Source: a virus
Lineage: Duplodnaviria; Caudoviricetes
DNA: 64,000 nt
Strand: one strand, 5' to 3'
IMG/VR virus record: IMGVR_UViG_3300028591_000174
Location: 1-64,000 of that record
Made by a program: the position numbers and the translations under genes. The notes under the pieces are model-generated. The model made no database searches and had not been told where the DNA came from. It saw only the letters and a list, made by a program, of their open reading frames with translations. Shown piece after piece: positions 19,467-28,169 of the stretch (position 1 is its first letter; each line of letters opens with the position of its first letter).

Positions 19467-19631
19467 TTATTCTCCAAGCCTATCTTTCATTTGACCAAGA
19501 ATGACGCTCAAAGTTATACTAAGAGAGTCAGAAGCGTCTTTCATACCGCTTTTAGAAAGTGTTTCTAAAAGTTTATTTGAGTAATCAATTGCATCTTGAT
19601 ATTCTTCCCAACTTACTTTCTGCTCACTCAT
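19467..19631 (-). CDS. small 54-aa protein translationally coupled to the RT
   Basis: MSEQKVSWEEYQDAIDYSNKLLETLSKSGMKDASDSLSITLSVILGQMKDRLGE; ATG overlaps the RT stop (ATGA); below the ORF-track cutoff. Confidence 0.6.
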   Translation of the reverse strand: MSEQKVSWEEYQDAIDYSNKLLETLSKSGMKDASDSLSITLSVILGQMKDRLGE

Positions 19632-20872
19632 AATGACCTCACAAGATTATCGAACATATCTCTGTTACCTAATGCTTTCTTTGCAGCATAAAGTGAGAGA
19701 TAGCCGTCAAGTTCTTTAGGAGTTCTCTGACGGTTTGTAGTTACGTTCTTACCACGACCACGAGTAACAACTCCATCTTTCTTTTCCAACTCAACACCAA
19801 GACCGCCAAGTTCAAATCGTTTAGTCTGGCTTGCCCTTAAACAATCCATAACGTAGGTGTTGAGCGTCTGAATGTCCGTTACATTATTGATGTAAGCAAG
19901 TACTCCTTTGGCCCAACAGAACTGACCGTTATACAAATAGCGGTTCACTGAATGTACTGCCCCCTTATAAGAGTTTGCTTTCTTACAACGACTAAAGATT
20001 TCTTTCTGAAAGTTCTTTAATCGTTTCTTGGATAATGAAATCTCAGTTCCACGGATCATAAAGCCCAGGAACTTAAAGAACCTGTCTTTTGTGAGAACTT
20101 CAACTTTTTTCGGATTGAGAATGAGTTCCTTTTCGTTTAATCTGCGTTCAAGTATTTCACGTCCTTTTTTCCATTCGTTACCGATAATGAGAATGTCATC
20201 TGAGTATCGAACGTAGTAAACATCAAGCTGCTTAATCTCTTCGTCCATTTCGTAGAGAACTGCATTTGCAAGGAATGAAGCGACTGCACAGCCCTGTTTA
20301 AGTGACTGATACTGGTCAATAACTTCATTTTTTTCATTCAGACATTTATTACATCTGTAGTAACGTCTAAGAAGATTGATAACCTTTGATTTACCACAGA
20401 TGTCTTCAACCTTATCAAACACTTCTTCAATGAACCGTAATGGAACACTGTCAAAGTACTTTGAAAGGTCTGCCTTAATTCCAATTGTCTGCAACTTGCA
20501 ATCTGAAATTCTGCTTACAACTTCACGAACAACTTTGCCACAAGATAAGTCTGTCTGATACGCTTTTGAACGTTCTGAGATAAGACTTCCACAAAACTCG
20601 AATAACATATCGTTGATAATTGATAAAATTATTCTGTCCAAATTTTCGTTGATGTATACAATTCGCATTGTTCCGTCATCTTTAGGAATACTCTGCTGAT
20701 GCGGCGGAACAATATCGTATTCATCATCACGAATTAAAACGTAAAGTTCTGAAAGAATCTTTGGGTCACAATAACGTTCTAGTTCGTCATAAGGTATATT
20801 CTTTTCAACGGCGATTTGAATGGCCTTTTCCCAACGTTCACGCTTAAACATTTCTTCAAGCAGTTTGTCCAT
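19628..20872 (-). CDS. reverse transcriptase (RT domain without maturase/endonuclease; unknown-group type)
   Basis: IPKDDGTMRIV, ADLSKYFDSV, LKQGCAVASFLAN, YVRYSDDILII, FKFLGF; probable start MDKLL at 20872 after agga RBS (ORF track extends it to 20932). Confidence 0.95.
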   Translation of the reverse strand: MDKLLEEMFKRERWEKAIQIAVEKNIPYDELERYCDPKILSELYVLIRDDEYDIVPPHQQSIPKDDGTMRIVYINENLDRIILSIINDMLFEFCGSLISERSKAYQTDLSCGKVVREVVSRISDCKLQTIGIKADLSKYFDSVPLRFIEEVFDKVEDICGKSKVINLLRRYYRCNKCLNEKNEVIDQYQSLKQGCAVASFLANAVLYEMDEEIKQLDVYYVRYSDDILIIGNEWKKGREILERRLNEKELILNPKKVEVLTKDRFFKFLGFMIRGTEISLSKKRLKNFQKEIFSRCKKANSYKGAVHSVNRYLYNGQFCWAKGVLAYINNVTDIQTLNTYVMDCLRASQTKRFELGGLGVELEKKDGVVTRGRGKNVTTNRQRTPKELDGYLSLYAAKKALGNRDMFDNLVRSL

Positions 20873-21062
20873 AAGCAATCTCCTTTGCCCAGTTACGAGC
20901 AATGTTGTTACATTCTTCAAGTTCACTCTCATTCATATGAGTTCCGTCATTTATGAAGACACTGAAGTCCATAAGTTCAGAATTAATAACTGAACAAGAG
21001 CAATCCAATTTGACATCTCTGCCATTAGTGAGTTTTGTGTTTAATGTTTCTTGATATTTCAT
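20856..21062 (-). CDS. hypothetical protein overlapping the RT start
   Basis: 68 aa with hairpin plus RBS. Confidence 0.55.
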   Translation of the reverse strand: MKYQETLNTKLTNGRDVKLDCSCSVINSELMDFSVFINDGTHMNESELEECNNIARNWAKEIAYGQTA

Positions 21063-21100
21063 ATAAACCTCTGCTGATTACTTCAGCTTTTAATTTTTGA

Positions 21101-21406
21101 TTACGCAGTAACTTCAATGTCAGTTGCGTAAATCATGTTTTTCTGATGATTTGAGTTTGTGAAATCTTGCTTGATGTAGCCGGTAATTTTCACCCTATCG
21201 CCAGGCTTTGCGTAGACACGACTTATACGACTTTCGTCTGTCATAACAGTTGTAAACTTGCTTTCAACACGGATTGTTTTATTACTATTACCGATAAAGT
21301 GGTCGTGCATTACTGCAATTTTTGTGATAAGAGCGTCCGACAAATTATCACGATAGATATTCAGAACCTTTCCAGTTAGTTTTACTTCGTTCATTAGTTC
21401 CCCCAA
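21101..21406 (-). CDS. ssb: single-stranded DNA-binding protein-like OB fold
   Basis: MNEVKLTGKV...AKPGDRVKITGYIKQ...IYATDIEV pattern of SSB-like OB folds; no acidic tail. Confidence 0.6.
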   Translation of the reverse strand: MGELMNEVKLTGKVLNIYRDNLSDALITKIAVMHDHFIGNSNKTIRVESKFTTVMTDESRISRVYAKPGDRVKITGYIKQDFTNSNHQKNMIYATDIEVTA

Positions 21407-21424
21407 AAATAGTTACTCTTTTTA

Positions 21425-21985
21425 TCAGGCAACATATTCTGCTGCCAGGAACTCATCAAGTTCTGCCTGAGTCATCAGATTTGCATTTCTTGAAAGCCAT
21501 TTGATGTTTTTTCTGCACTGACCCATTTTCTTTGAATTTTTGTACTCTGGATTAATCCACTTCGCATAATCGTAGTTGTACTCAGTGTCGAAGAGCATAT
21601 AATTGTCACAATCCATAGGCTCTAAGTCGCGGTTGTTTGTGAAACAATACTTTACTTCACCTTTAAGATTGACATAAATAAATGCTCTACCGTCATTCAG
21701 AAAGTCACTTGCTTTTATATGCAACTTGAATGGCTTAAAAGTTGCTGGCTCAATCTTTGCAGATTGTATATGGTCTACCATATCAAAGTTTGTTTCGATA
21801 ATCGGGATCAAATCATCTTTGTTTATTGTAGAACGGCTACGCATTCTGCGACTCAGCCACTCAGATGTATAACGAACTCTTGAAACCATGCGTTCTGCAA
21901 AATTCCAATCAAAATACCTTGCGGTAATTTTCTTCTGTCCATTTGCCATTTCAAAGGCAACGTAGATTTCACTTCTCTGTCCCAT
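21425..21985 (-). CDS. hypothetical phage protein
   Basis: 186 aa, MGQRSEIYV N-terminus. Confidence 0.6.
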   Translation of the reverse strand: MGQRSEIYVAFEMANGQKKITARYFDWNFAERMVSRVRYTSEWLSRRMRSRSTINKDDLIPIIETNFDMVDHIQSAKIEPATFKPFKLHIKASDFLNDGRAFIYVNLKGEVKYCFTNNRDLEPMDCDNYMLFDTEYNYDYAKWINPEYKNSKKMGQCRKNIKWLSRNANLMTQAELDEFLAAEYVA

Positions 21986-22510
21986 AACTAACTCCTTATA
22001 AGTCCTTTGTAACTATTGTGATATTCCCACAATTTGCTTAAAGCAATCTCTTTTGTTGCAACAGTAAAACTTATATAACTTCGCTGAGAAGGCTTTCCAA
22101 AAACATAAGACCATTCGCCATTCGGTTCTTCTTTTATAAAACCGATAATACGTCTACCGTCTCTGATAACTTCCATATCAACTCCTTAGATAATGCCGTT
22201 TTCCCTAAACTCACGGAGTAATCCGTATCGTTTACCAAGTTTTTCAAAGTGTGCAGAAAAGTCTGCAAGTTCCGACCAATAATAATTGTGGTTGCAAAAG
22301 TCAGCCTGCCAATCAATTGCTTCATTACGAGCCTTTTCTTTTTGTTCTGCGTATGACATTAGATTCCCCCTAATTCAAAAGCCCAATCTTCGATAGTCGT
22401 ATCCCAATCGCTTGGAATAGCGTCACCCAACTCTTCGTGAATACGCTCAATGATTTCCTCTTTTGTTTCACCACGAGCATTTGTTTCGACTTCTTCCATA
22501 GTCAACTCCT

Positions 22511-22894
22511 TTAACGAGTAAGAAATCTTTTCTCTCGAATATTTCCGTTATACTTAAAGAACTTCTGACCAATTGCAAAAGCCCAACCGTTTGAATACTG
22601 AGTGAAGTCATCGAATCTATGCCAGACTTCACCTTCTTTCAAGTTATATCTTGCCTTATTCAAAGCATTACAGATGAAATCCGCAGATGACTTTGAAACT
22701 TCGTGACAAGACGAAGCAGAGTAAAAGAACTCCTGACCGAGAACAGCCTTTGCAAGTACAACCATAATTACTCCTTTACAACTACTGCATAAGTACCAAA
22801 GTGATAGTGTTTCTGAAGTGAAACATCCATCCACATTTCCAATTCTGAGGGGAAGGTTTTGTCTGACTTGTAGACAACTTCCCCAGTAAGCCAA
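22511..22894 (-). CDS. hypothetical phage protein (true start probably internal)
   Basis: Internal RBS (aggagt) before MVVLAKAVLG. Confidence 0.5.
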   Translation of the reverse strand: MAYWGSCLQVRQNLPLRIGNVDGCFTSETLSLWYLCSSCKGVIMVVLAKAVLGQEFFYSASSCHEVSKSSADFICNALNKARYNLKEGEVWHRFDDFTQYSNGWAFAIGQKFFKYNGNIREKRFLTR

Positions 22895-22916
22895 GATTTA
22901 AGAACATAAGTTTTCA

Positions 22917-23588
22917 TTAAGTAATCTCCTTAAACACCTTGCGTGTTTTAGTAACTGTGTATTCTTCTTCTGTAAGTTTGTGAGTATTGAGATAGTACAC
23001 GAGTTCATTGCGGATATCGTCACACAGTTCATCAAAACGCTGAACGAGCTTTACACGCTCACGCAGACCATTAAGACTGTATTCAGACCAATCAACATCA
23101 GCGTCGACACTTCGACCAGGATATGCTCTGAAAGTTACAAGCGGTTTTTTGAGATTTACTCTTGTAGGCTTTCCGCATTTACCGCAAACATTGCCACTTT
23201 CTTCAACGGTCTTATAGTTCAACTGATAACATTCAGTGCAGCGTGATTTATAACCTAACTCTTCATAAGTTCCACTATACATCACGAGATAGCCACCACT
23301 ACGACCATTAAATCCGGCTGTATATCCTGTATCTTCTCTGAAACCTTCAATCAGCGGCTCAACATAGCAACTAAAGAATTCATCGTCATCACTTGAAATC
23401 AAGTCAAAGAACTTGTCAGTCTGTTCTTTGTTGAGATCGAGATTGTAATACTTCACGTTATGTGCATAACTTGTAGAGCCGTTCCAGGAGTTCATTGTCG
23501 AATATCTGAAATGATTTTCCAAAAAGTCAGTCATTGCCTTACGGCTACGCTTATCAACCTTTACACTAAACATAGGCTTACTCCTCAT
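22917..23588 (-). CDS. hypothetical protein with zinc finger
   Basis: GFNGRSGGYLVMY and CTEC...CGKC. Confidence 0.6.
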   Translation of the reverse strand: MRSKPMFSVKVDKRSRKAMTDFLENHFRYSTMNSWNGSTSYAHNVKYYNLDLNKEQTDKFFDLISSDDDEFFSCYVEPLIEGFREDTGYTAGFNGRSGGYLVMYSGTYEELGYKSRCTECYQLNYKTVEESGNVCGKCGKPTRVNLKKPLVTFRAYPGRSVDADVDWSEYSLNGLRERVKLVQRFDELCDDIRNELVYYLNTHKLTEEEYTVTKTRKVFKEIT

Positions 23589-23808
23589 TTACTTCGGGAT
23601 GCTCGATCTCGATTTCCTTTTCAGAACACATGAAGTAACACTGACTGTCTTTATAATCTGTGTTACTTACAAGCCAACTTTCGACTTCTTCAGTCTGCCA
23701 ACCTTTTCTGCGTTCAATCGTGTACATCTTGATTGAGCCAGAAGAGTAATCCATAACCGCAACATATACAGTTACCATACAAAACTCCTTGCCGATTATT
23801 CGGCTAAT

Positions 23809-23837
23809 AAAAAAGGCTAGGAATTAAACCTAGCCTT
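23809..23837 (-). terminator. intrinsic terminator
   Basis: aaggctagg / cctagcctt stem followed by a U-tract on the minus strand. Confidence 0.7.
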
Positions 23838-24244
23838 AAATCTTGTCTATAAACTTTTCTTTGAGATATTGAAACGCCTGTTCACCGTCTAACATTCCCA
23901 AACTGCCAACGAAAAGAGCGAATGGAATTGCTTTACGCTCTTCTACACTCTTACCTCTCAATTCCCAATAAAGTGACCACTTATCATTGAAAGTTGCGTT
24001 ACCTTGCATATCACAACTACTCATAGTTACTCCTTAAACCGTACCACTTGTTACACCAACGCTTGAACGTTTCGGGTGTACAAGGATTGCCCCAATTCTG
24101 ACACTGACGTTCTGTTATCATATGTTCGCTGAAAAGCCAATCCATATGACAAGTCCAAGCAAGTTGCATTTCCCAATAATCAGAAAATGGTTTGTTATTT
24201 GACACAAACCCTTGAATAGCATCATTTTTATTCATAGCCATAAA

Positions 24245-24610
24245 CTACTCCTTTAATGTTTCACCGATAAAGTCTTTGAGTAAACTGTCCAATTTACGCA
24301 TAACTTCTTCCTGAGAATAATCTTTGTAAAGATGTCCATAGATTTCTTTTGCCTTGTTTTCGTAAAACTGTATTCTGTCATAATCTGCGAGTTTCCCGAA
24401 AGTTCCACGGTCACCCCACATAATCAGAGTATTACCGAATACCAAAGCATCGAAATTCCAGCCGTAAACACCGCATGTATAATAATCCGGTGAGTTATAG
24501 GCGATAAGATAATTAGGTGAGAAAGTTCCTAAAGTGATAGTTCTACCCTTGAAACGTTCTCTCAATTCTTTAGCAGATACTCTTACTTTCATTCTTCTTC
24601 TCCTGTCCAA
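24245..24610 (-). CDS. conserved hypothetical phage protein
   Basis: YYTCGVYGWNFD motif. Confidence 0.6.
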   Translation of the reverse strand: MDRRRRMKVRVSAKELRERFKGRTITLGTFSPNYLIAYNSPDYYTCGVYGWNFDALVFGNTLIMWGDRGTFGKLADYDRIQFYENKAKEIYGHLYKDYSQEEVMRKLDSLLKDFIGETLKE

Positions 24611-24783
24611 TAATATTCAGCAGAATAATCACCTCTTGTTCTGCAACCTTTTTCTTCATACTCATTACGCATTTCTTCTTCGATTCTTTTTTCTGCGTCA
24701 AGAACCGCTTTTTCTTTTGTTTCGAAAAATTCTGACTTACAAACAAAACTTTCTTCACACCATAATTCGTAATACCACATGAT

Positions 24784-25626
24784 TTACTCCTTACTTAAAA
24801 CTGTCTTTGCTCTACCTTTGACCATAGTAGACGCTATGAAACGAACCTGGCCTTTGCAATTTTTGTACCAATCCGAATTCATGTGTCTAAAATAGCCACT
24901 TCTGAAATGCGGTCGAACAAATCCATGTTCGAATGTTCTGTGAGCAACTATTTTGTCACTCATTTGAATACTTTTTGCACTTGGATTGCGTTTGACTCCG
25001 TTAGGCACACCGTCAATAACGCATTCCGGGAATGCCTTAATATAAAAGAGAAAGTTGCAAACCAAGTTGAAAACCCATTCATCACCTTGATTTACTTTAG
25101 GGTCAAAGTCATCTACACAAAGCGTATAATTCATGTTATTTGCTAATACTGTTATTGTGTGCTTAGAATTTCTGAGCTTCATGTATACGATTGTGTATGA
25201 CTCTTTCTGACCGATAACGCCCCAAACTCTTTTACCTAAATACTGCTCGAATTCGTCATAATTGGAAATCGAACTTTCAATCTCATCAAGGCTTTTAATG
25301 AGAATATCAACTTCTTTTTTACGAACATCAGTCTGCTTAAAGAAGTCAAATAGACTTTCATCTTTGACGTAATATCTGTTTATGCCGTTTGTTACTTCTT
25401 CAGTAACTGCGAGCACTTCAACGAGATACTGCCACTTGTCAGCAGCCTTGAACGGATTTAATAAAGTAATTGCCATTTCTTCGGGATTGCATCTTCTTAA
25501 AAGCATTGCTCTTAGTGCTAATCTCTGCTTTTCTGAAATAGACTCAGACGGACATCTTTTACAAACTGCGTGATATGCTTTATTAAATTCATAGACCTGG
25601 TTTTGTAATATGTTTTGAAAAGCCAT
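24784..25626 (-). CDS. conserved phage protein with C-terminal PHFRSGYFRH motif
   Basis: 280 aa; basic C-terminal motif seen in phage hypotheticals. Confidence 0.6.
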   Translation of the reverse strand: MAFQNILQNQVYEFNKAYHAVCKRCPSESISEKQRLALRAMLLRRCNPEEMAITLLNPFKAADKWQYLVEVLAVTEEVTNGINRYYVKDESLFDFFKQTDVRKKEVDILIKSLDEIESSISNYDEFEQYLGKRVWGVIGQKESYTIVYMKLRNSKHTITVLANNMNYTLCVDDFDPKVNQGDEWVFNLVCNFLFYIKAFPECVIDGVPNGVKRNPSAKSIQMSDKIVAHRTFEHGFVRPHFRSGYFRHMNSDWYKNCKGQVRFIASTMVKGRAKTVLSKE

Positions 25627-25627
25627 T

Positions 25628-25951
25628 TTATATCTCCAAAATTCTGTTGATTACTTCGGACATTGGTTTTACTGTATAAGTGCAAGTCTTGTATTCCCAA
25701 TCAATAAGACCAAGTTGAATAAGGTGATTAAGAGCGAGTTTTATTTCAAAGTTTTCGTGATTTGCATATCTCGACTCAAAATCAATTTCTTCTGCAATTT
25801 GTGAATAAGTGCCTGAGAATTTAGTAAGTTGCAGCAAAAGGTCTTTTTCAAGGTTTGTAAAACTTTCCCACCTTTTCGCAAATTCAAGAATGTCTACCCA
25901 ATTGCCAATCATTAAATCCATACCGGCTTTGATTTCTCTGATTTCAAACAT
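25628..25951 (-). CDS. possible winged-helix protein
   Basis: LTKFSGTYSQIAEEI...ALNHLIQLGLI pattern. Confidence 0.5.
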   Translation of the reverse strand: MFEIREIKAGMDLMIGNWVDILEFAKRWESFTNLEKDLLLQLTKFSGTYSQIAEEIDFESRYANHENFEIKLALNHLIQLGLIDWEYKTCTYTVKPMSEVINRILEI

Positions 25952-26334
25952 TACTGCACCTCTCTTACACCGTCATAAAGTTCAATCTTAAAATCATTGC
26001 AAGGACGGCCAATACTTCCTTCATAATTAGGAGTTTCCCCATTGAACTTATCAAGCCAATGAATATTGATAGTGACATTTTTATCAGATTTCCACTGGCG
26101 TTCAGCCTTTCGGATGCCCTTAGTCACAATACTTCTTAAAGACCAATACCAAAGTTTAGAACCCTGACAGAGATACACTTCAACAGTAACTTCATCACGA
26201 CCAACATACTTTTCATCAATGTCAGCATAACCAACAAAGCCATAAAAACTTGAATGGAAAACATAAGCCTGCTTTCCATAGCCATTGAATATTGCGTGAA
26301 TTCCACGCTCTCTTGAGAAATCCAAAATCTGCAT
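25951..26334 (-). CDS. hypothetical phage protein
   Basis: 127 aa, coupled to neighbours. Confidence 0.55.
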   Translation of the reverse strand: MQILDFSRERGIHAIFNGYGKQAYVFHSSFYGFVGYADIDEKYVGRDEVTVEVYLCQGSKLWYWSLRSIVTKGIRKAERQWKSDKNVTINIHWLDKFNGETPNYEGSIGRPCNDFKIELYDGVREVQ

Positions 26335-26344
26335 AGACTACTCC

Positions 26345-26632
26345 TTATTTATTTCTAAAGTTTTCAAGTGGGTAATAATCCGGCACTTCCAAAACAAATG
26401 CATCTGTAATACCGTGTGGTATCATCAGACAAACCAACTTTTCAGCTTCAAATCTGTCATCGAAAAAATGAGCCGACTTTCCTTTATCCCAACCGACACT
26501 TCCTTTATCGTGTCCAGTAGGTGTCACATCAGTGAGATAAAGCAACTCATTACCATTGAGAATGCGGACAATTGCATATTTGACTTTAACAGTGTCATTC
26601 ATAATTCCAAAAAGTTCTTTCTTCTTAGCCAT
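26345..26632 (-). CDS. hypothetical phage protein
   Basis: 95 aa with RBS. Confidence 0.55.
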   Translation of the reverse strand: MAKKKELFGIMNDTVKVKYAIVRILNGNELLYLTDVTPTGHDKGSVGWDKGKSAHFFDDRFEAEKLVCLMIPHGITDAFVLEVPDYYPLENFRNK

Positions 26633-27319
26633 AATTTTCTCCTAGTAAACAAAGAATGTTACGTCATCTTCTGCCAAACTAGGAACAGAAACCAACTTCA
26701 AATAATCCTCGTAAGAGATATACTCCTGGATTTCGTCTGATACTTCGTACATAAATTACTCCTTGCCGATAAATTCGACTTTGTACAAAAAATAAAGGTG
26801 ACCTGAAAATAGATCACCTTAGACTAAACTCATAAACACACGTTTTGCAATTTCGTGTGAACTATAGAAATATTGTCGCACCTTGCGACCATCGTCATTG
26901 AATATAGTAATGACAGAACCTACCAAAGAAAGCCGATAGTTTTGAAAGTCAAGATAGTAATGCATAGTTACCCCCTTAAAGATTTACATTCTATCTAAAA
27001 TCTCAAATCCGTCTAAAAGACGTTTGAACCAACTCTTTCTTTTTGTTATATTGCCGACTGTATAAAATGCACCACCATAGTTCCATGCATCTTTTACAAG
27101 TAAACAACCAAAAACCAATACTAACAGAAAAGTAGTGATAATTAACCCACCCATAATTTTCCCCCTATAATGCAAAGCGGTTTTTTGAAATCCGATTTGT
27201 AGATTTTTGTACAGATAAAGTACGACTTTTGTTTTTCAGTTCTTCAAAAGCCTTGAACTTTTCAAGAGCCTTCTTTGCATTTTCAACCGCAATATCAAGT
27301 TCAATATCCTTGTTCATAA

Positions 27320-27619
27320 TTACATTCCCTCATTCCAGTAGAAGTGTTTTTCTTCTCCGACATAGTAAAAATCTTTGCTGAGTTCAAGAGTAGTGTCTTC
27401 TTCAGTCTCGACTAAAGCAACTCCAAACTTGCAATCAAAATTCACTCTGTCACGAACTTCGAATTCAATTTCCTGGCCAGGTTCAAGGTAGAACGAAACA
27501 CCAGAAAGCCATATTGAAACTTTCATTTTCTGATTTGTGTTGTTACGCACTTTCAGATTAGAACCAAATAAAAAAGCCGCCATAAAAGCGGCCATGAAAA
27601 GAGAAATTGTTTTTTTCAT
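27320..27619 (-). CDS. secreted beta-rich protein
   Basis: Signal peptide MKKTISLFMAAFMAAFLFG. Confidence 0.6.
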   Translation of the reverse strand: MKKTISLFMAAFMAAFLFGSNLKVRNNTNQKMKVSIWLSGVSFYLEPGQEIEFEVRDRVNFDCKFGVALVETEEDTTLELSKDFYYVGEEKHFYWNEGM

Positions 27620-27623
27620 AGAA

Positions 27624-27905
27624 TCACCAACCTAAATAAATATCATCGATATAATCACCATAAAAGCAATCAACCATTTGCAAATAATATTCATTATCAA
27701 CAAACCAGATGAAAAACCTTACCTTTGCCTTATGACCTTTTCCGTCTTCTGCTGAAATACGAAAATGCTGATTGTCTACATCAGCGGTATTTTCTACAAA
27801 ATCAGTTTCAAGATTAAAGGTGTAAGCAGGATAATTGCGTAAAAACAAATCAATTAACTGTCGTTCTGAGAATTTGAATTCTCTGTTTTCATAACAAATA
27901 GTCAT
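27624..27905 (-). CDS. hypothetical phage protein
   Basis: 93 aa with RBS. Confidence 0.55.
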   Translation of the reverse strand: MTICYENREFKFSERQLIDLFLRNYPAYTFNLETDFVENTADVDNQHFRISAEDGKGHKAKVRFFIWFVDNEYYLQMVDCFYGDYIDDIYLGW

Positions 27906-27925
27906 AAATTTTACTCCTTAATATA

Positions 27926-28132
27926 TTATCTTCTTACCCACTTACCGATGAATGTTCCGTATTTTGAACCATACCAATCAGCCTCATGGTATAGCGTACC
28001 ATAATAATCGAAATATCCATCACCAACATAATGACAATGACCGTTTATCTTAGTCCATTCATTGTGGATTGTCTCCTTGGACACCATACACTCTACGATT
28101 ACATACTCGTAAGTTCCTTTTCTTATAGCCAT
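27926..28132 (-). CDS. hypothetical phage protein
   Basis: 68 aa, hairpin plus RBS upstream. Confidence 0.55.
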   Translation of the reverse strand: MAIRKGTYEYVIVECMVSKETIHNEWTKINGHCHYVGDGYFDYYGTLYHEADWYGSKYGTFIGKWVRR

Positions 28133-28169
28133 AAAAACCTACCTCGCAGCTTAAAACCGCTTTATAAAT

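Noticed and set aside
19628-20872. Diversity-generating retroelement RT targeting the tail fibre
   Set aside because: I found no TR/VR pair differing only at adenines and no Avd-like gene. Tail-tip diversity is explained by invertible cassettes that differ at all base types. A formal repeat search is still needed to exclude it fully.
19628-20872. Group II intron
   Set aside because: No domain V/VI sequence downstream, no maturase or HNH domain, YSDD rather than YADD, and the RT is embedded in a coupled operon.
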